Assembly (NCBI GenBank): GCA_963703285.1 | Contig: OY969807.1 | Span: forward strand, 1,920,001-1,984,000 | Direction of reading: 5' to 3' | Source of the DNA: an uncultured Nitrososphaerota archaeon | Lineage (GTDB): Archaea > Thermoproteota > Nitrososphaeria > Nitrososphaerales > Gagatemarchaeaceae | Length of the DNA: 64,000 nucleotides | In this document: positions 38,831-47,968 of the stretch, piece after piece | Numbering within the stretch: the stretch's first letter is position 1 | Layout of the letters: each line of letters opens with the position of its first letter | Made by a program: the position numbers and the translations under genes | Notes under the pieces: generated by a model | The model's input: the letters and a program-made list of their open reading frames with translations, nothing else | What the model was told of the DNA's origin: nothing | Database searches by the model: none

Positions 38831-39207
38831 GGCTCAGGGGGAGGGTCATCTGCCGGGGCGAGGCGGAGGGAGACGCGCTCGTCACGTCGCAGCCGATATC
38901 CTTCTACGGAGGAGTGGATCCGACCTCGGGCGAGGTCATCGAGCGGGGCCACGAGCTCAAGGGCGAGTGCGTGAAGGGCAGGGTGCTCGTCTTCCCATAC
39001 GGCAAGGGCTCCACCGTGGGCTCCTACATCCTCTACAGGCTCAGCAAGGCGGGGGCCGCGCCCTCGGCGATCATAAACCAGAAGTGCGAGCCGATAGTCG
39101 CGGTCGGCGCGATAATCTCGGAGATACCCTGCGTCGACATGGTCGAAATCGCCAAGATAGGGCGAGACGCGCGGCTCCGTGTGAACGGACCAACCATACA
39201 ATTCTGA
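38827..39207 (+). CDS. Aconitase X small (swiveling) subunit
   Basis: ISFYGGVDP..G, GKGSTVGSY. Confidence 0.92.
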   Translation: MRLRGRVICRGEAEGDALVTSQPISFYGGVDPTSGEVIERGHELKGECVKGRVLVFPYGKGSTVGSYILYRLSKAGAAPSAIINQKCEPIVAVGAIISEIPCVDMVEIAKIGRDARLRVNGPTIQF

Positions 39208-39221
39208 ACGGCGGGTGGTGT

Positions 39222-39797
39222 CTAAGCAGGCGCGCTGGGCGGCGGCCCGTTCCATCTCGGGGCGAGACCATGGGAGACGCCGAGCACGTCGAAGACCTTC
39301 CCGACCACGTGGTTCACCAGGTCGTCGACGGTCTTGGGCCTGTTGTGGAAGGCAGGCATCGCTGGCAATACCGTGGCTCCAGCGCGCGCGACTCTGACCA
39401 TGTTCTCCATGTCTATCAGCGAGAGCGGTGTCTCCCTCACCACGAGCACTAGGGGACGCCTCTCCTTCATCGTCACCTCGGCCGCCCTCAGGAGAAGGTT
39501 GTCGGCGTAGCCGCTTGCCACGCCGCCCAGCGTCTTCATGCTGCACGGAATCACGACCATCCCATCGGCGCGGAAGGAACCGCTCGAGATCCTCGCTGTC
39601 GGATCGTCTATCCTGTAGGTCTCCGTGGCCAGCCTCTCCACGTCGGCTGCGCTGAGGTCCGTCTCTATGAGTATCGTCTCGCGCGCGGCGTTCGTCAGGA
39701 CGAGATGCGTCTCGACTTTCGCGTTCTTCAGCGCCTCTAGGGCCCTAATCCCGTATACGGCGCCACTCGCCCCCGAGATCCCCACTACGAGACGCAC
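39222..39797 (-). CDS. ubiX: Flavin prenyltransferase
   Basis: GISGASG, ISSGS, PCSMKTL, RETPL. Confidence 0.95.
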   Translation of the reverse strand: MRLVVGISGASGAVYGIRALEALKNAKVETHLVLTNAARETILIETDLSAADVERLATETYRIDDPTARISSGSFRADGMVVIPCSMKTLGGVASGYADNLLLRAAEVTMKERRPLVLVVRETPLSLIDMENMVRVARAGATVLPAMPAFHNRPKTVDDLVNHVVGKVFDVLGVSHGLAPRWNGPPPSAPA

Positions 39798-39934
39798 GCG
39801 AAGGTCATCGCCGGGCCTGCTTTTAAGGGAATGGCGCTGTGGTGGCTGTCCGGTCTAGTCACATCTCTATGTTCGATGCCCGAATAGGTCCGGTGAAATC
39901 GAGATAAGCGGTGATCGAGTGTCAACGAAATGTC

Positions 39935-40621
39935 ATGAAGAGAGCCCTCCTCATCGTGGACATGTCCAACGACTTCCTCCCGGAGAGCTTGGACAATGGC
40001 CTGGAGCTGGGGAGGGGAGCGGAGCTGGTCCCGCGCATAAGGCGTCTGGAGGAAACATTTCTGGCCTGCAGGCAGCCCGTAATCTACGTAACAGACAGGC
40101 ACCTGAAGGCAGATTTCGAGCTGGACAAGTGGGGCCCCCACTCGATGAAGGGCAAGGAGGGCTCGAGAATCGTCCAGGGCCTCGTCACCGACGGGATGCG
40201 AGTCCTTGAGAGGAGCTGGACGGCCGGAGACATCGAGGCGATTAAAGAGGGCGAGCTCCTCTTCGAGGTCGAGAAAGGGTCCTACAGCGGATTCACCGAC
40301 AACGGCGGGACGCCGACCGCCATGGACGGCCTCCTCAAGAAGCTCGGATTCGCAGCGGGGGACAAGCTCTGTGTAACGGGTGTCCACACAAACTGCTGCG
40401 TCAAGCAGGCGGCAGCGGACGCTTGGTTCAGGGGCTATGTCCCGGTGATTGTGAAGGACTGCGTGGACGCCTTCGAGGATCCAAACGGAAGGGTCGGGAT
40501 GGGCCAGGAAGCTGCCTTGGACTACATGAGGCACTGGTACGACGCAGAGATCAAGTCCTCGGAAGAGGTCGAAGCCGAGACAAGGGCGGGCGGACACACA
40601 GCTCCTTTGATTCCCCAGTAG
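39935..40621 (+). CDS. Isochorismatase-family cysteine hydrolase
   Basis: LIVDMSNDF, EKGSYSGF, GVHTNCCV. Confidence 0.88.
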   Translation: MKRALLIVDMSNDFLPESLDNGLELGRGAELVPRIRRLEETFLACRQPVIYVTDRHLKADFELDKWGPHSMKGKEGSRIVQGLVTDGMRVLERSWTAGDIEAIKEGELLFEVEKGSYSGFTDNGGTPTAMDGLLKKLGFAAGDKLCVTGVHTNCCVKQAAADAWFRGYVPVIVKDCVDAFEDPNGRVGMGQEAALDYMRHWYDAEIKSSEEVEAETRAGGHTAPLIPQ

Positions 40622-40622
40622 C

Positions 40623-41078
40623 CTACTTCTCTATCCACTCGGACTCGCCGTCCGCGTAGACTTCCTTCTTCCGTATGTGTCCCTCTGGTTTGAACCGACC
40701 CACCAGTTCCTCTAGCGCCGCGAACGTCTCGGGGCGAGCCTTTCCAGCCACAACGATGATTACGAGAACCTCCTTAGCCCGGAAGCTTCCCTCGTAATGA
40801 TAGATGACCGCGAGCTGCAGACCGAACCTCTTCTTCACATCCTCGCAAAGATTGCGAAACGCCCTGTCAGTACCCCTGCCCTCCGTCTCTATCAAGAGCT
40901 CCTTGATCTTCTTGTGGGCGAAACCCGAGGACTTCGTCAGCCCCACGTAGGTGGCCACAGCCCCAGTGCTCTCCTCCGAGGTCTTGAGAATCTCTGTAAT
41001 GATGTCAGCATAGCTCAGGGAATCTTTTCTGTACACGCCCGAGGTGGGAATCTTCGGCAGGATTCGGGCCTTTTGCAT
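40623..41078 (-). CDS. moaE: Molybdopterin synthase catalytic subunit MoaE-like
   Basis: GAVATYVG, H..G, VAGKARPETF, KKEVY..GESEW; somewhat divergent. Confidence 0.7.
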   Translation of the reverse strand: MQKARILPKIPTSGVYRKDSLSYADIITEILKTSEESTGAVATYVGLTKSSGFAHKKIKELLIETEGRGTDRAFRNLCEDVKKRFGLQLAVIYHYEGSFRAKEVLVIIVVAGKARPETFAALEELVGRFKPEGHIRKKEVYADGESEWIEK

Positions 41079-41228
41079 GTGTCAGCCCCGCCCCAAACCT
41101 TTGATATAGATTTCACCGAAGCCGTCTGGAGGGACCGACCCTGTGAAGGTGGTCCCCTTCTGCCGGCCGAAGTATTGGCAGTTCGAAGACCTTATCTGTA
41201 CCGGGGGCGTTTGACAAAGGGAATAGCA

Positions 41229-41483
41229 ATGAGCGAACCAATGAGACCTCCCACGGAGGAAGAACGCGCCCAGTTCATGAAGATGTTGAACGAGATGACG
41301 AAGGCCCGTCTGGAGATGTTCGGAGCCAACGCAGCCAAGTACGCCGAAGTCCTAGGAACCTTCAGAGCTGCCCTCCAGCAGTCCGGATTCTCAGCGGAGG
41401 AGTCGATGCAGATCGTCCTCAAGGTCGCGGAACAGCCGGGCGGCCGACCGTTCTTCGGCGGAAGACGCTGGAACAAGCGCTGA
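41229..41483 (+). CDS. Small hypothetical protein
   Basis: MSEPMRPPTEEE..GFSAEESMQIVLK; clean ORF. Confidence 0.6.
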   Translation: MSEPMRPPTEEERAQFMKMLNEMTKARLEMFGANAAKYAEVLGTFRAALQQSGFSAEESMQIVLKVAEQPGGRPFFGGRRWNKR

Positions 41484-41558
41484 AGGGTCTTCAGACCGAA
41501 AGGAGGGGCTCTTCGAGCGGGACCTCCTCCTGCCAAAGAGATGAGACGCGTCCCATGG

Positions 41559-41912
41559 TCAGCCAGGGCCTGAAAGACCCTCGATCGCCTCTTTCAGGAT
41601 CGACCTGTGACAGCGGGTCGGGTCCTTCTCGACGCAGAGGAGCGTAACCGTCCCCTTCTTTGACTCCTCCGAGAGCTGCCTGATGAGCCCCTCCTTCCCC
41701 CTGAGGCTCCTCCTGTACTCCTTCACCAGCTCCTCCCAGGTCAGCTGGCCTGACTTCCACCTCTTCATGGTCTCCTTGGGCGTCCCCAGCTCCTTCATCC
41801 AGACGTCGACCTTCTGCTTTGATATTCCGCGCGGCCAGAGCGTCATCACGAGCACCCTCTTCCCGTCGGAGGGCTCGGGAGGGTCGTAGACGGTCTTGGC
41901 TATCTTGATCAA
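41559..41912 (-). CDS. DUF488/YeaO family protein
   Basis: VYDPP..DGKRVLV..LWPRG, TLLC..CHR. Confidence 0.85.
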   Translation of the reverse strand: MIKIAKTVYDPPEPSDGKRVLVMTLWPRGISKQKVDVWMKELGTPKETMKRWKSGQLTWEELVKEYRRSLRGKEGLIRQLSEESKKGTVTLLCVEKDPTRCHRSILKEAIEGLSGPG

Positions 41913-42008
41913 GGCAGGACACTTCCCTCCGTCCCGCTATATACGACCTCCCGAGCGACCGGTTCAGCGGAACGGTTTATTGGCGCCGCGTCCGTTGCCA
42001 CAAAGGAC

Positions 42009-42236
42009 ATGACAGGCTTCACAACAGAGTCACCGTCGAAGAGGTTCGTAATACTCTCGGAGTCCGGCAGGTGCGAGAACCTCCTGCAGGCGCTGGAAGT
42101 TCGGACGTCCCACGGATACCGCGTCGTGCAGTGCTGGGGGTGGGGAGGAGGCATAGGGAGCATCCCCATGACCTCGGTCCTGCTGGAGAAGGTCGAGGCT
42201 GGGGCGCGCGGGAGCAGGAAGACCCAGAACAGGTGA
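42009..42236 (+). CDS. Small hypothetical protein
   Basis: TTTATT box upstream; GYRVV motif. Confidence 0.45.
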   Translation: MTGFTTESPSKRFVILSESGRCENLLQALEVRTSHGYRVVQCWGWGGGIGSIPMTSVLLEKVEAGARGSRKTQNR

Positions 42237-42317
42237 CCGTGGGCCGGGGACCGAACCCGGTTTCTGAAGACGAGGCTATAGTTGATACACGCAGCCTCCA
42301 CAGATTACCCCGAAATC

Positions 42318-42782
42318 ATGAAGGCCGCCCAGGTTCACAAATGCGCTAAGATCGAGACGGACCCCGTCGTCATCGACGACATCGAGCGGCCGAGGCCAGG
42401 CACGGGCCAAGTGCTCGTGAAGGTCGACGCCGCCTGGGCCGTCAGGATGCTGGGCTCGAAGGTGAAGCACGTTCACGTCAAGGACGCCTTCGGGAGGCCG
42501 GGGGTCTTCGGGGAGACGTTCACCTTCCCCTTCCTCGGCGAAGGGGTCGTGGACTGGCTGGCGTTCTTCCGCGCGCTGGACGAAGTCGGATGCGAGGGAT
42601 TCCTCTCGCTGGAGTTCGAGAACGACAGGTATCTCGAGAACGTCTGCGGTGGGGACTGGTCGGTTGCGGCCGTCCAGCTCAAGGAGAGGGCGGACGCACT
42701 GCTCGGGAGGGCGCTGCCTCGTTCGGGGAAGCACCCAGAGGACGGGAGAGCCGGGTCCGTCCGGTCGAGTCCGTACCGCTAG
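42318..42782 (+). pseudogene. In-frame chimera of a Zn-ADH N-terminus and a sugar-phosphate-isomerase TIM-barrel C-terminus
   Basis: MKAA..DDIERPRPGTGQVLVKVDA | HVHVKD..LGEGVVDW..LSLEFE. Confidence 0.7.
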
Positions 42783-42817
42783 CGTTAAATCGGCAAGGTC
42801 CTTCCGACGGTTCTAGG

Positions 42818-43870
42818 TTGTCGGAGACAAGCGACACCGCCACTCCTCCCGAGTCCCCTCCGGTCCTCCCTTTCACTGCGAAGAGCATCCTCCAAATCTG
42901 CTGGAGTCTGACACTGATACTCTCGCACGAAGCCCAGCAGAACAAGCTCGGAGAGACGTTCGAGTCCTACTTCATGAACGTCTTCCAGCAGTACGACAAC
43001 ACCGGTGCGAAGGGCGGAGGAGCCACGAGCCAAGGGAACGGGGGAGCGGGCCCGAAGGACGCGGCCGGCGGAAGGGCCGTCCCCGATCCGCCTCCCGAAG
43101 GCGGGCAGGCGCCCGCTGAGTCTGTGCCCCCTCCTGCCGGTGTCAAAGGGCCGAAGGACAGTCAGCCTCCGAAAAACAAGGTCGAACCAGCGTTCGTCCA
43201 GAACCTGGTTATGTCGCTCGCCAAGAACGTCAGAGACATAGGCTTCGTCAGGGAGAACCACGTTAGATACCTCGACTTCATGTCGCAGCAGCTGGGGCAG
43301 ACCATCCAGTTCTACGACGACGTCGCCGACTTCACTTCGACGTCCAGCTCGAGCATCATCACCAAGGCGGTCTCCTTTCTGGGAGTCGGGTCGGTGGTCG
43401 ACCTTGCCGCGCAGGGGAACAGCCTCACGGACCGCAACATCGCCATCTTCACAATCTTCGGCCTGGTCGGGGCGGCCGTCATCACCATCCTCCTCAAGTA
43501 CGCCAGCAACGGGAGAATCGAGACGGAATACAAGAAGGTCGAGAAGACGCAGAACGACTACTGGCGCAATCACTTCAAGATGGACATGGCCTCCCAACTG
43601 CTGATACAGTACAAGGAGTACGCGGAGCTGGTGGAGAGATACTATCCCGACCAGTTCGAACGGATCAAGAAGGAGGACAGCCTGTTGAGCTCGAGCGAGG
43701 ATGGAGCATGGGAGGTGATATGGAATGACATCCTGCCCTCCGACAGGATCACTTGGCCGCCCTTCATCGCGAGCCAGCCTCCATCGACTGCGAGCTCGTC
43801 CCAGCAGACGCCGGCAACTCCCAAGAGCGCCCCTGCTCCCGCTTCGCCCTCGAAGACGACGACTTCGTAG
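42818..43870 (+). CDS. Hypothetical membrane protein with Pro/Gly-rich inserts
   Basis: TTG start after TTAAAT; one or two TM helices. Confidence 0.6.
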   Translation: MSETSDTATPPESPPVLPFTAKSILQICWSLTLILSHEAQQNKLGETFESYFMNVFQQYDNTGAKGGGATSQGNGGAGPKDAAGGRAVPDPPPEGGQAPAESVPPPAGVKGPKDSQPPKNKVEPAFVQNLVMSLAKNVRDIGFVRENHVRYLDFMSQQLGQTIQFYDDVADFTSTSSSSIITKAVSFLGVGSVVDLAAQGNSLTDRNIAIFTIFGLVGAAVITILLKYASNGRIETEYKKVEKTQNDYWRNHFKMDMASQLLIQYKEYAELVERYYPDQFERIKKEDSLLSSSEDGAWEVIWNDILPSDRITWPPFIASQPPSTASSSQQTPATPKSAPAPASPSKTTTS

Positions 43871-43909
43871 CCTTCCATTCCGTCCGGCGCGAGCCGACCC
43901 TTCGGTCTC

Positions 43910-44719
43910 CTAGGCCTTTCGCAAGTAGGCCCGCAGGGTCAGCGGAGCGAATACGACCACGACCGCCAACGAGACTATGAGCGACAGCCAGAAGTCATTG
44001 CCGATGGTGCCCTTGTTGAAGAGCTGCCGTATGGCGCTCACGATGTAGGTGAGCGGGTTTACGTTGACGAAGTCCTGAAGCCACCAGGGTAGGGTGTTGG
44101 TCGGCACGAAGGCGCCGGAGAGGAAGCTCAGAGGGAACAGGATCGCCGCGGAGATGCCCTGGACCGTCTGCGCCGTCTTTAGAATGGCACCAAGCAACGC
44201 GAAGATCCAGCTGATGCACCACGAGCAGAAGACGACGAGGACACCTCCCAACAGAGCTCCGTCGAGGCTGGCCCAGCGGAACCCAATGAGGTAGCCCATG
44301 ACGAACGTCAGGCTCGTAGCGATCGCGTAGCGGACGATGTCGGCAAGCAGTGGTCCCGTGAGCGGGGCTATCCGGGCGATGGGCATCGACTTGAAACGAT
44401 AGAACACCCCCTTGTCCATGTCCTCGCGGAGTTGAACCCCGGTCGCCATGGACGCAGTCAGGGCCGTCTGGGCCAGGATTCCAGGGATTATTATCGGCAG
44501 GTAGCCGCCCACGCTGCCTGAGATCGCGCCGCCGAAGAGGTACACGAACATCAGCGTGAAGAGGATGGGCTGGATGGTCACGTCGAAGAGCTGCTGCGGC
44601 GTCCGGCGAATCATGAGCAGATTGCGGTAGGCCATCGTCAGAGAGTTGCTGATGGTCGTCCGCAGGCTCACGCGGTTCTTCAGCGTTCGCTCGGCGCCCG
44701 GGACGATCTGCGCTGTCAT
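43910..44719 (-). CDS. ABC-2 exporter permease (DrrB-like)
   Basis: QPILFTLMF, PGILAQ, FLSGAFVP, NPLT. Confidence 0.92.
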   Translation of the reverse strand: MTAQIVPGAERTLKNRVSLRTTISNSLTMAYRNLLMIRRTPQQLFDVTIQPILFTLMFVYLFGGAISGSVGGYLPIIIPGILAQTALTASMATGVQLREDMDKGVFYRFKSMPIARIAPLTGPLLADIVRYAIATSLTFVMGYLIGFRWASLDGALLGGVLVVFCSWCISWIFALLGAILKTAQTVQGISAAILFPLSFLSGAFVPTNTLPWWLQDFVNVNPLTYIVSAIRQLFNKGTIGNDFWLSLIVSLAVVVVFAPLTLRAYLRKA

Positions 44720-45726
44720 GGCTCGGTCGCTCCCTTCTCAGCCTGCTTGCCATCTCCGGTCAGCGCCAGGAAGACCTCGTCGAGGGTCGGTTCCTCCACG
44801 CTCACGGTGGCTAGGCGTATTCTCGCCTCGCGCAGTGCGACGAGCAGGTCGGTCACCCGGTCGGGGTCCGCCATCGGCGCTGTTACGAGCGTTGACTCTG
44901 GCGTGGAGGCCTTCACCTTGAGCACAGTCTGGGTGATGCGGGTCGCTTCGGCGGTCTCCTTCTCGTCGGCGAGCTGCAGGTGCAGCGTCGCTTTTCCGAC
45001 CGCCGCCTTCAGCTCACGGGGCGTGCCCTCGGCCACCACGCGCCCGTGGTCGATCACGGCTATCCGGTCCGCGAGCTGGTCGGCCTCATCAAGGTACTGT
45101 GTTGTCAGGAGAATCGTCGACCCCGTGGCGGTGAGTCGTCGAATGGATTCCCACATCTGTATCCTCGTGCGCGGGTCGAGGCCGGTGGTCGGTTCGTCCA
45201 GGAAGATGAGCGGTGCTTGTACGATTAGGCTTGAAGCGAGGTCGAGCCTCCTCCGCATGCCTCCCGAGAACTTGTCGAGCGTCCTGTTGGCGGCGTCCGC
45301 CAGTCCAAACTCCTCCAGCAGCTCGGCGGCCCTCTCGCTCGCTTCGGACCTGCCGAGGCCGAGCAGCAGCCCGAAGATTCTCAGGTTCTCGGATCCGGAC
45401 AGCTTCTCATCGACCGCGGCGCTCTGGCCCGTCACGCTGATGAGCTGACGGACGACCTGGGCCTCCTGCACAACGTCGTGGCCGAACACCTTGGCGTTCC
45501 CGCCGTCCGGTTTGAGGAGCGTGTTCAGCATGTTAATGATCGTCGTCTTGCCGGCGCCGTTCGGCCCGAGAAGCGCGTAGATGTAGCCGCTCGGTATCGA
45601 GAGGTCCACGCCATCGACGGCGCGGTTGTCCCCGAAGACCTTGACGAGCCCGCGGGCTTCGACGGCGAGGGTGCTCCGACCGACTTTCGAGTCCCCTTCC
45701 TGGACTTCTGACTGTTGCATCATCAC
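44716..45726 (-). CDS. ABC exporter ATPase (DrrA-like)
   Basis: GPNGAGKTT, FSGGMRRRLD, LDEPTTGLDP, TTQYLDEAD. Confidence 0.95.
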   Translation of the reverse strand: MMMQQSEVQEGDSKVGRSTLAVEARGLVKVFGDNRAVDGVDLSIPSGYIYALLGPNGAGKTTIINMLNTLLKPDGGNAKVFGHDVVQEAQVVRQLISVTGQSAAVDEKLSGSENLRIFGLLLGLGRSEASERAAELLEEFGLADAANRTLDKFSGGMRRRLDLASSLIVQAPLIFLDEPTTGLDPRTRIQMWESIRRLTATGSTILLTTQYLDEADQLADRIAVIDHGRVVAEGTPRELKAAVGKATLHLQLADEKETAEATRITQTVLKVKASTPESTLVTAPMADPDRVTDLLVALREARIRLATVSVEEPTLDEVFLALTGDGKQAEKGATEP

Positions 45727-46238
45727 GGCCCGCTCCTCGATTGAAGCGCGCCGTTGAGGGCCTCGAGCCTCCTAGCCAGCTTCTCTACCCTGTCCCTGTA
45801 CTTCGAGAGCCTCGCCCCATCGGTCTTCTGGAGGTCCTCAAGATAGGAGGTGTTGCTCTCCATGCCGGAGAGGGCGCTCGCTACATCGTCACCAACGCCC
45901 GTTTGCTCTCTGTATCCAGCGGTAAGCTCGAACTTCCCGTCCTTGTTCTTCGCTATCAGCCCCTCCTTCTCAAGCTGCTCGAGCAGGGGGTAGATCGAGC
46001 CGGGGCTCGGCCTGTACCAGCCGTGGCTCATCTCTTGTAGCTCGTTCATGATGTCTACTCCGTTCATCGGCTCCTTTTCGAGGAGTTCGATTAGCTGGGG
46101 CCGAAGGAAGCCGCGCTGCCCGAACAGGATTCGGCCGCGGTGCTCCATAAACCGGAAGCCCGGGTTTCCCCAGGGTCTATGATCCCAGGGTTTGTGATGT
46201 TGTCTCTCTCCATCTTGATTGTCGTCGCTCACTGTCAT
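45723..46238 (-). CDS. PadR-family transcriptional regulator
   Basis: YRPSPGSIYPLLEQLEKEGLI. Confidence 0.9.
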   Translation of the reverse strand: MTVSDDNQDGERQHHKPWDHRPWGNPGFRFMEHRGRILFGQRGFLRPQLIELLEKEPMNGVDIMNELQEMSHGWYRPSPGSIYPLLEQLEKEGLIAKNKDGKFELTAGYREQTGVGDDVASALSGMESNTSYLEDLQKTDGARLSKYRDRVEKLARRLEALNGALQSRSGP

Positions 46239-46246
46239 ATCACCAA

Positions 46247-46280
46247 ATATCTTATATCCGATATCGGCTACACGATATAG
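46247..46280. promoter_or_regulatory. Candidate PadR operator
   Basis: Palindrome CCGATATCGG (46258-46267) and repeated ATATC/GATAT between the TATA box and the padR start. Confidence 0.45.
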
Positions 46281-46370
46281 GGTATTAAAACGTTCCGAGG
46301 ATGGTCGAGACCGTGAAGCACGGCACGATCTTCGCTAGGCTTATCCCGTCCCAGAGCTTGCCAGGCACTC

Positions 46371-47372
46371 GTGCTAGCCAAACGCTCCATAGGCTACAAC
46401 GTGGTCCCCGACCTGGTAGAACCCACCAAACTGATGCAAATCTGCAAGCGCGCAGAAAAGGCAGGGTTTGACGCCATCTGGCTCCCAGACCACTTTCATC
46501 CGTGGTTCAACACCGACGCGATCGAGTACAACAGCTGGGTCTTCATGGCCGCGGCCATGCAGGAAGTCAAGATTCCGTTCGGCACGGCCGTCACGGTGCC
46601 GACCTACAGATACCACCCGGCGATAACCGCCCAGGCCTTCGCCACAATGCAGGCGCTGTTCGGGAACCGAGTGATTCTGGGCGTTGGCACCGGGGAGGCG
46701 ATGAACGAGGTGCCCTTGGGATTCGACTGGCCGAAGTACCCCGAGAGGAGGGACAGACTGATCGAGGCCGTCCAGATAATCAAGGCGCTCTGGAAGGGGG
46801 GTTTCGTCGACTTCGACGGTCGCTACTATAAGATAAGGGGGGCGAATCTGTACATGAAGGCAGACGTCCCGATTCTGATGTCTGCGATGGGCCCGAAGAT
46901 GGCCAAGACCGTTGGAGAATTCGGGGACGGAATCATAACCGCGGGCAAGACTCCGCAGTACATCAACGAAGTCCTGTTCCCGGCGATCTCCGAGGGGGCG
47001 AGGAGGTCGAACAGGACTCTGGACGACTTACTCAAGGTCGTGGAGATCGACGTCGGCTATGACGAGGACTACGACCGAGCGGTCAAGACGTGCAGGAAAT
47101 GGGCCGCCACAATACTCCCCGAGATCTTCAACAACAACATATCCGACCCGAGGAAGATCGAGGAGATAGGGAATTCCGTCACGGACAAGCAGCTGGCCGA
47201 GGTCTTTCCCATCGCGACCGACGAGAACGAGTTCATAACGAGGATAGAGCAGTACTTCAAGTGCGGGTTCGACCATGCCTACCTGATGATTAACGCCTTC
47301 GACGACGAGAAGGCGTTCAATCTCTTCGAGAGGAAGGTACTCCCGTACTTCAGGTCAGACGGCACGAGATAA
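46371..47372 (+). CDS. LLM-class F420-dependent oxidoreductase (G6PDH-F420-like)
   Basis: DHFHPW, RYHPAITAQAFAT, GVGTGEAMNE. Confidence 0.88.
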   Translation: MLAKRSIGYNVVPDLVEPTKLMQICKRAEKAGFDAIWLPDHFHPWFNTDAIEYNSWVFMAAAMQEVKIPFGTAVTVPTYRYHPAITAQAFATMQALFGNRVILGVGTGEAMNEVPLGFDWPKYPERRDRLIEAVQIIKALWKGGFVDFDGRYYKIRGANLYMKADVPILMSAMGPKMAKTVGEFGDGIITAGKTPQYINEVLFPAISEGARRSNRTLDDLLKVVEIDVGYDEDYDRAVKTCRKWAATILPEIFNNNISDPRKIEEIGNSVTDKQLAEVFPIATDENEFITRIEQYFKCGFDHAYLMINAFDDEKAFNLFERKVLPYFRSDGTR

Positions 47373-47555
47373 CCCTGCTGGGTGGCTCACACCCCATGCG
47401 TGGCCAACCGAGTCCAACAGGATTGCAAGCGAATACACGACCTCATTGTCAGTTCTGCCGCTTGAACAGATCTAAAAAAGAAGCGGAAGTAGCGAGTCAG
47501 ACGGGAGGTCGCATAACACCAGTGCGATTTAAAAACCTCTGGACGTTCTAGCTAA

Positions 47556-47951
47556 ATGATGCCGTCGAGCCCGTCACGGATCATCGACAAGCAGATCGCG
47601 GCCGCGAAGGACTGGCGCGGCGAGGTGCTGGCCAACCTCCGCACGATAATCCACGATGCCGACCCGGACATCGTGGAGGAGTTGAAATGGAAGGGCACGC
47701 CCGTGTTTTCCCACGAGGGCGTGGTCTGTTTGTTCAAGCCTTTCAAGGATAAGGTGAAGTTGACGTTCTACGAAGGTGCACCCCTTCCGGATCCTGAGAA
47801 GCTGTTCAACTCGATGCTCGAAGGTAACAAGTGGAGAGCCATCGACTTCTTCGAGGGAGACGAGATCAAGGAGCACGCTCTGAAAGAGCTCATTCGCAGG
47901 GCTGTCGCACAGAACGTTAGTCGGAGAAAGACCATCGGAACCAAAAGGTAG
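47556..47951 (+). CDS. DUF1801 protein
   Basis: DWRGE, EELKW, KVKLTF..GA.L.DPEKLFN..LEGN..RAID. Confidence 0.88.
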   Translation: MMPSSPSRIIDKQIAAAKDWRGEVLANLRTIIHDADPDIVEELKWKGTPVFSHEGVVCLFKPFKDKVKLTFYEGAPLPDPEKLFNSMLEGNKWRAIDFFEGDEIKEHALKELIRRAVAQNVSRRKTIGTKR

Positions 47952-47968
47952 AAGCTTACCCCACACGC

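Noticed and set aside
42239-42262. GGGCCGGGGACCGAACCCGG as an att copy of the tRNA-Lys 3' end
   Set aside because: Similarity is too weak, and no integrase is present in the window
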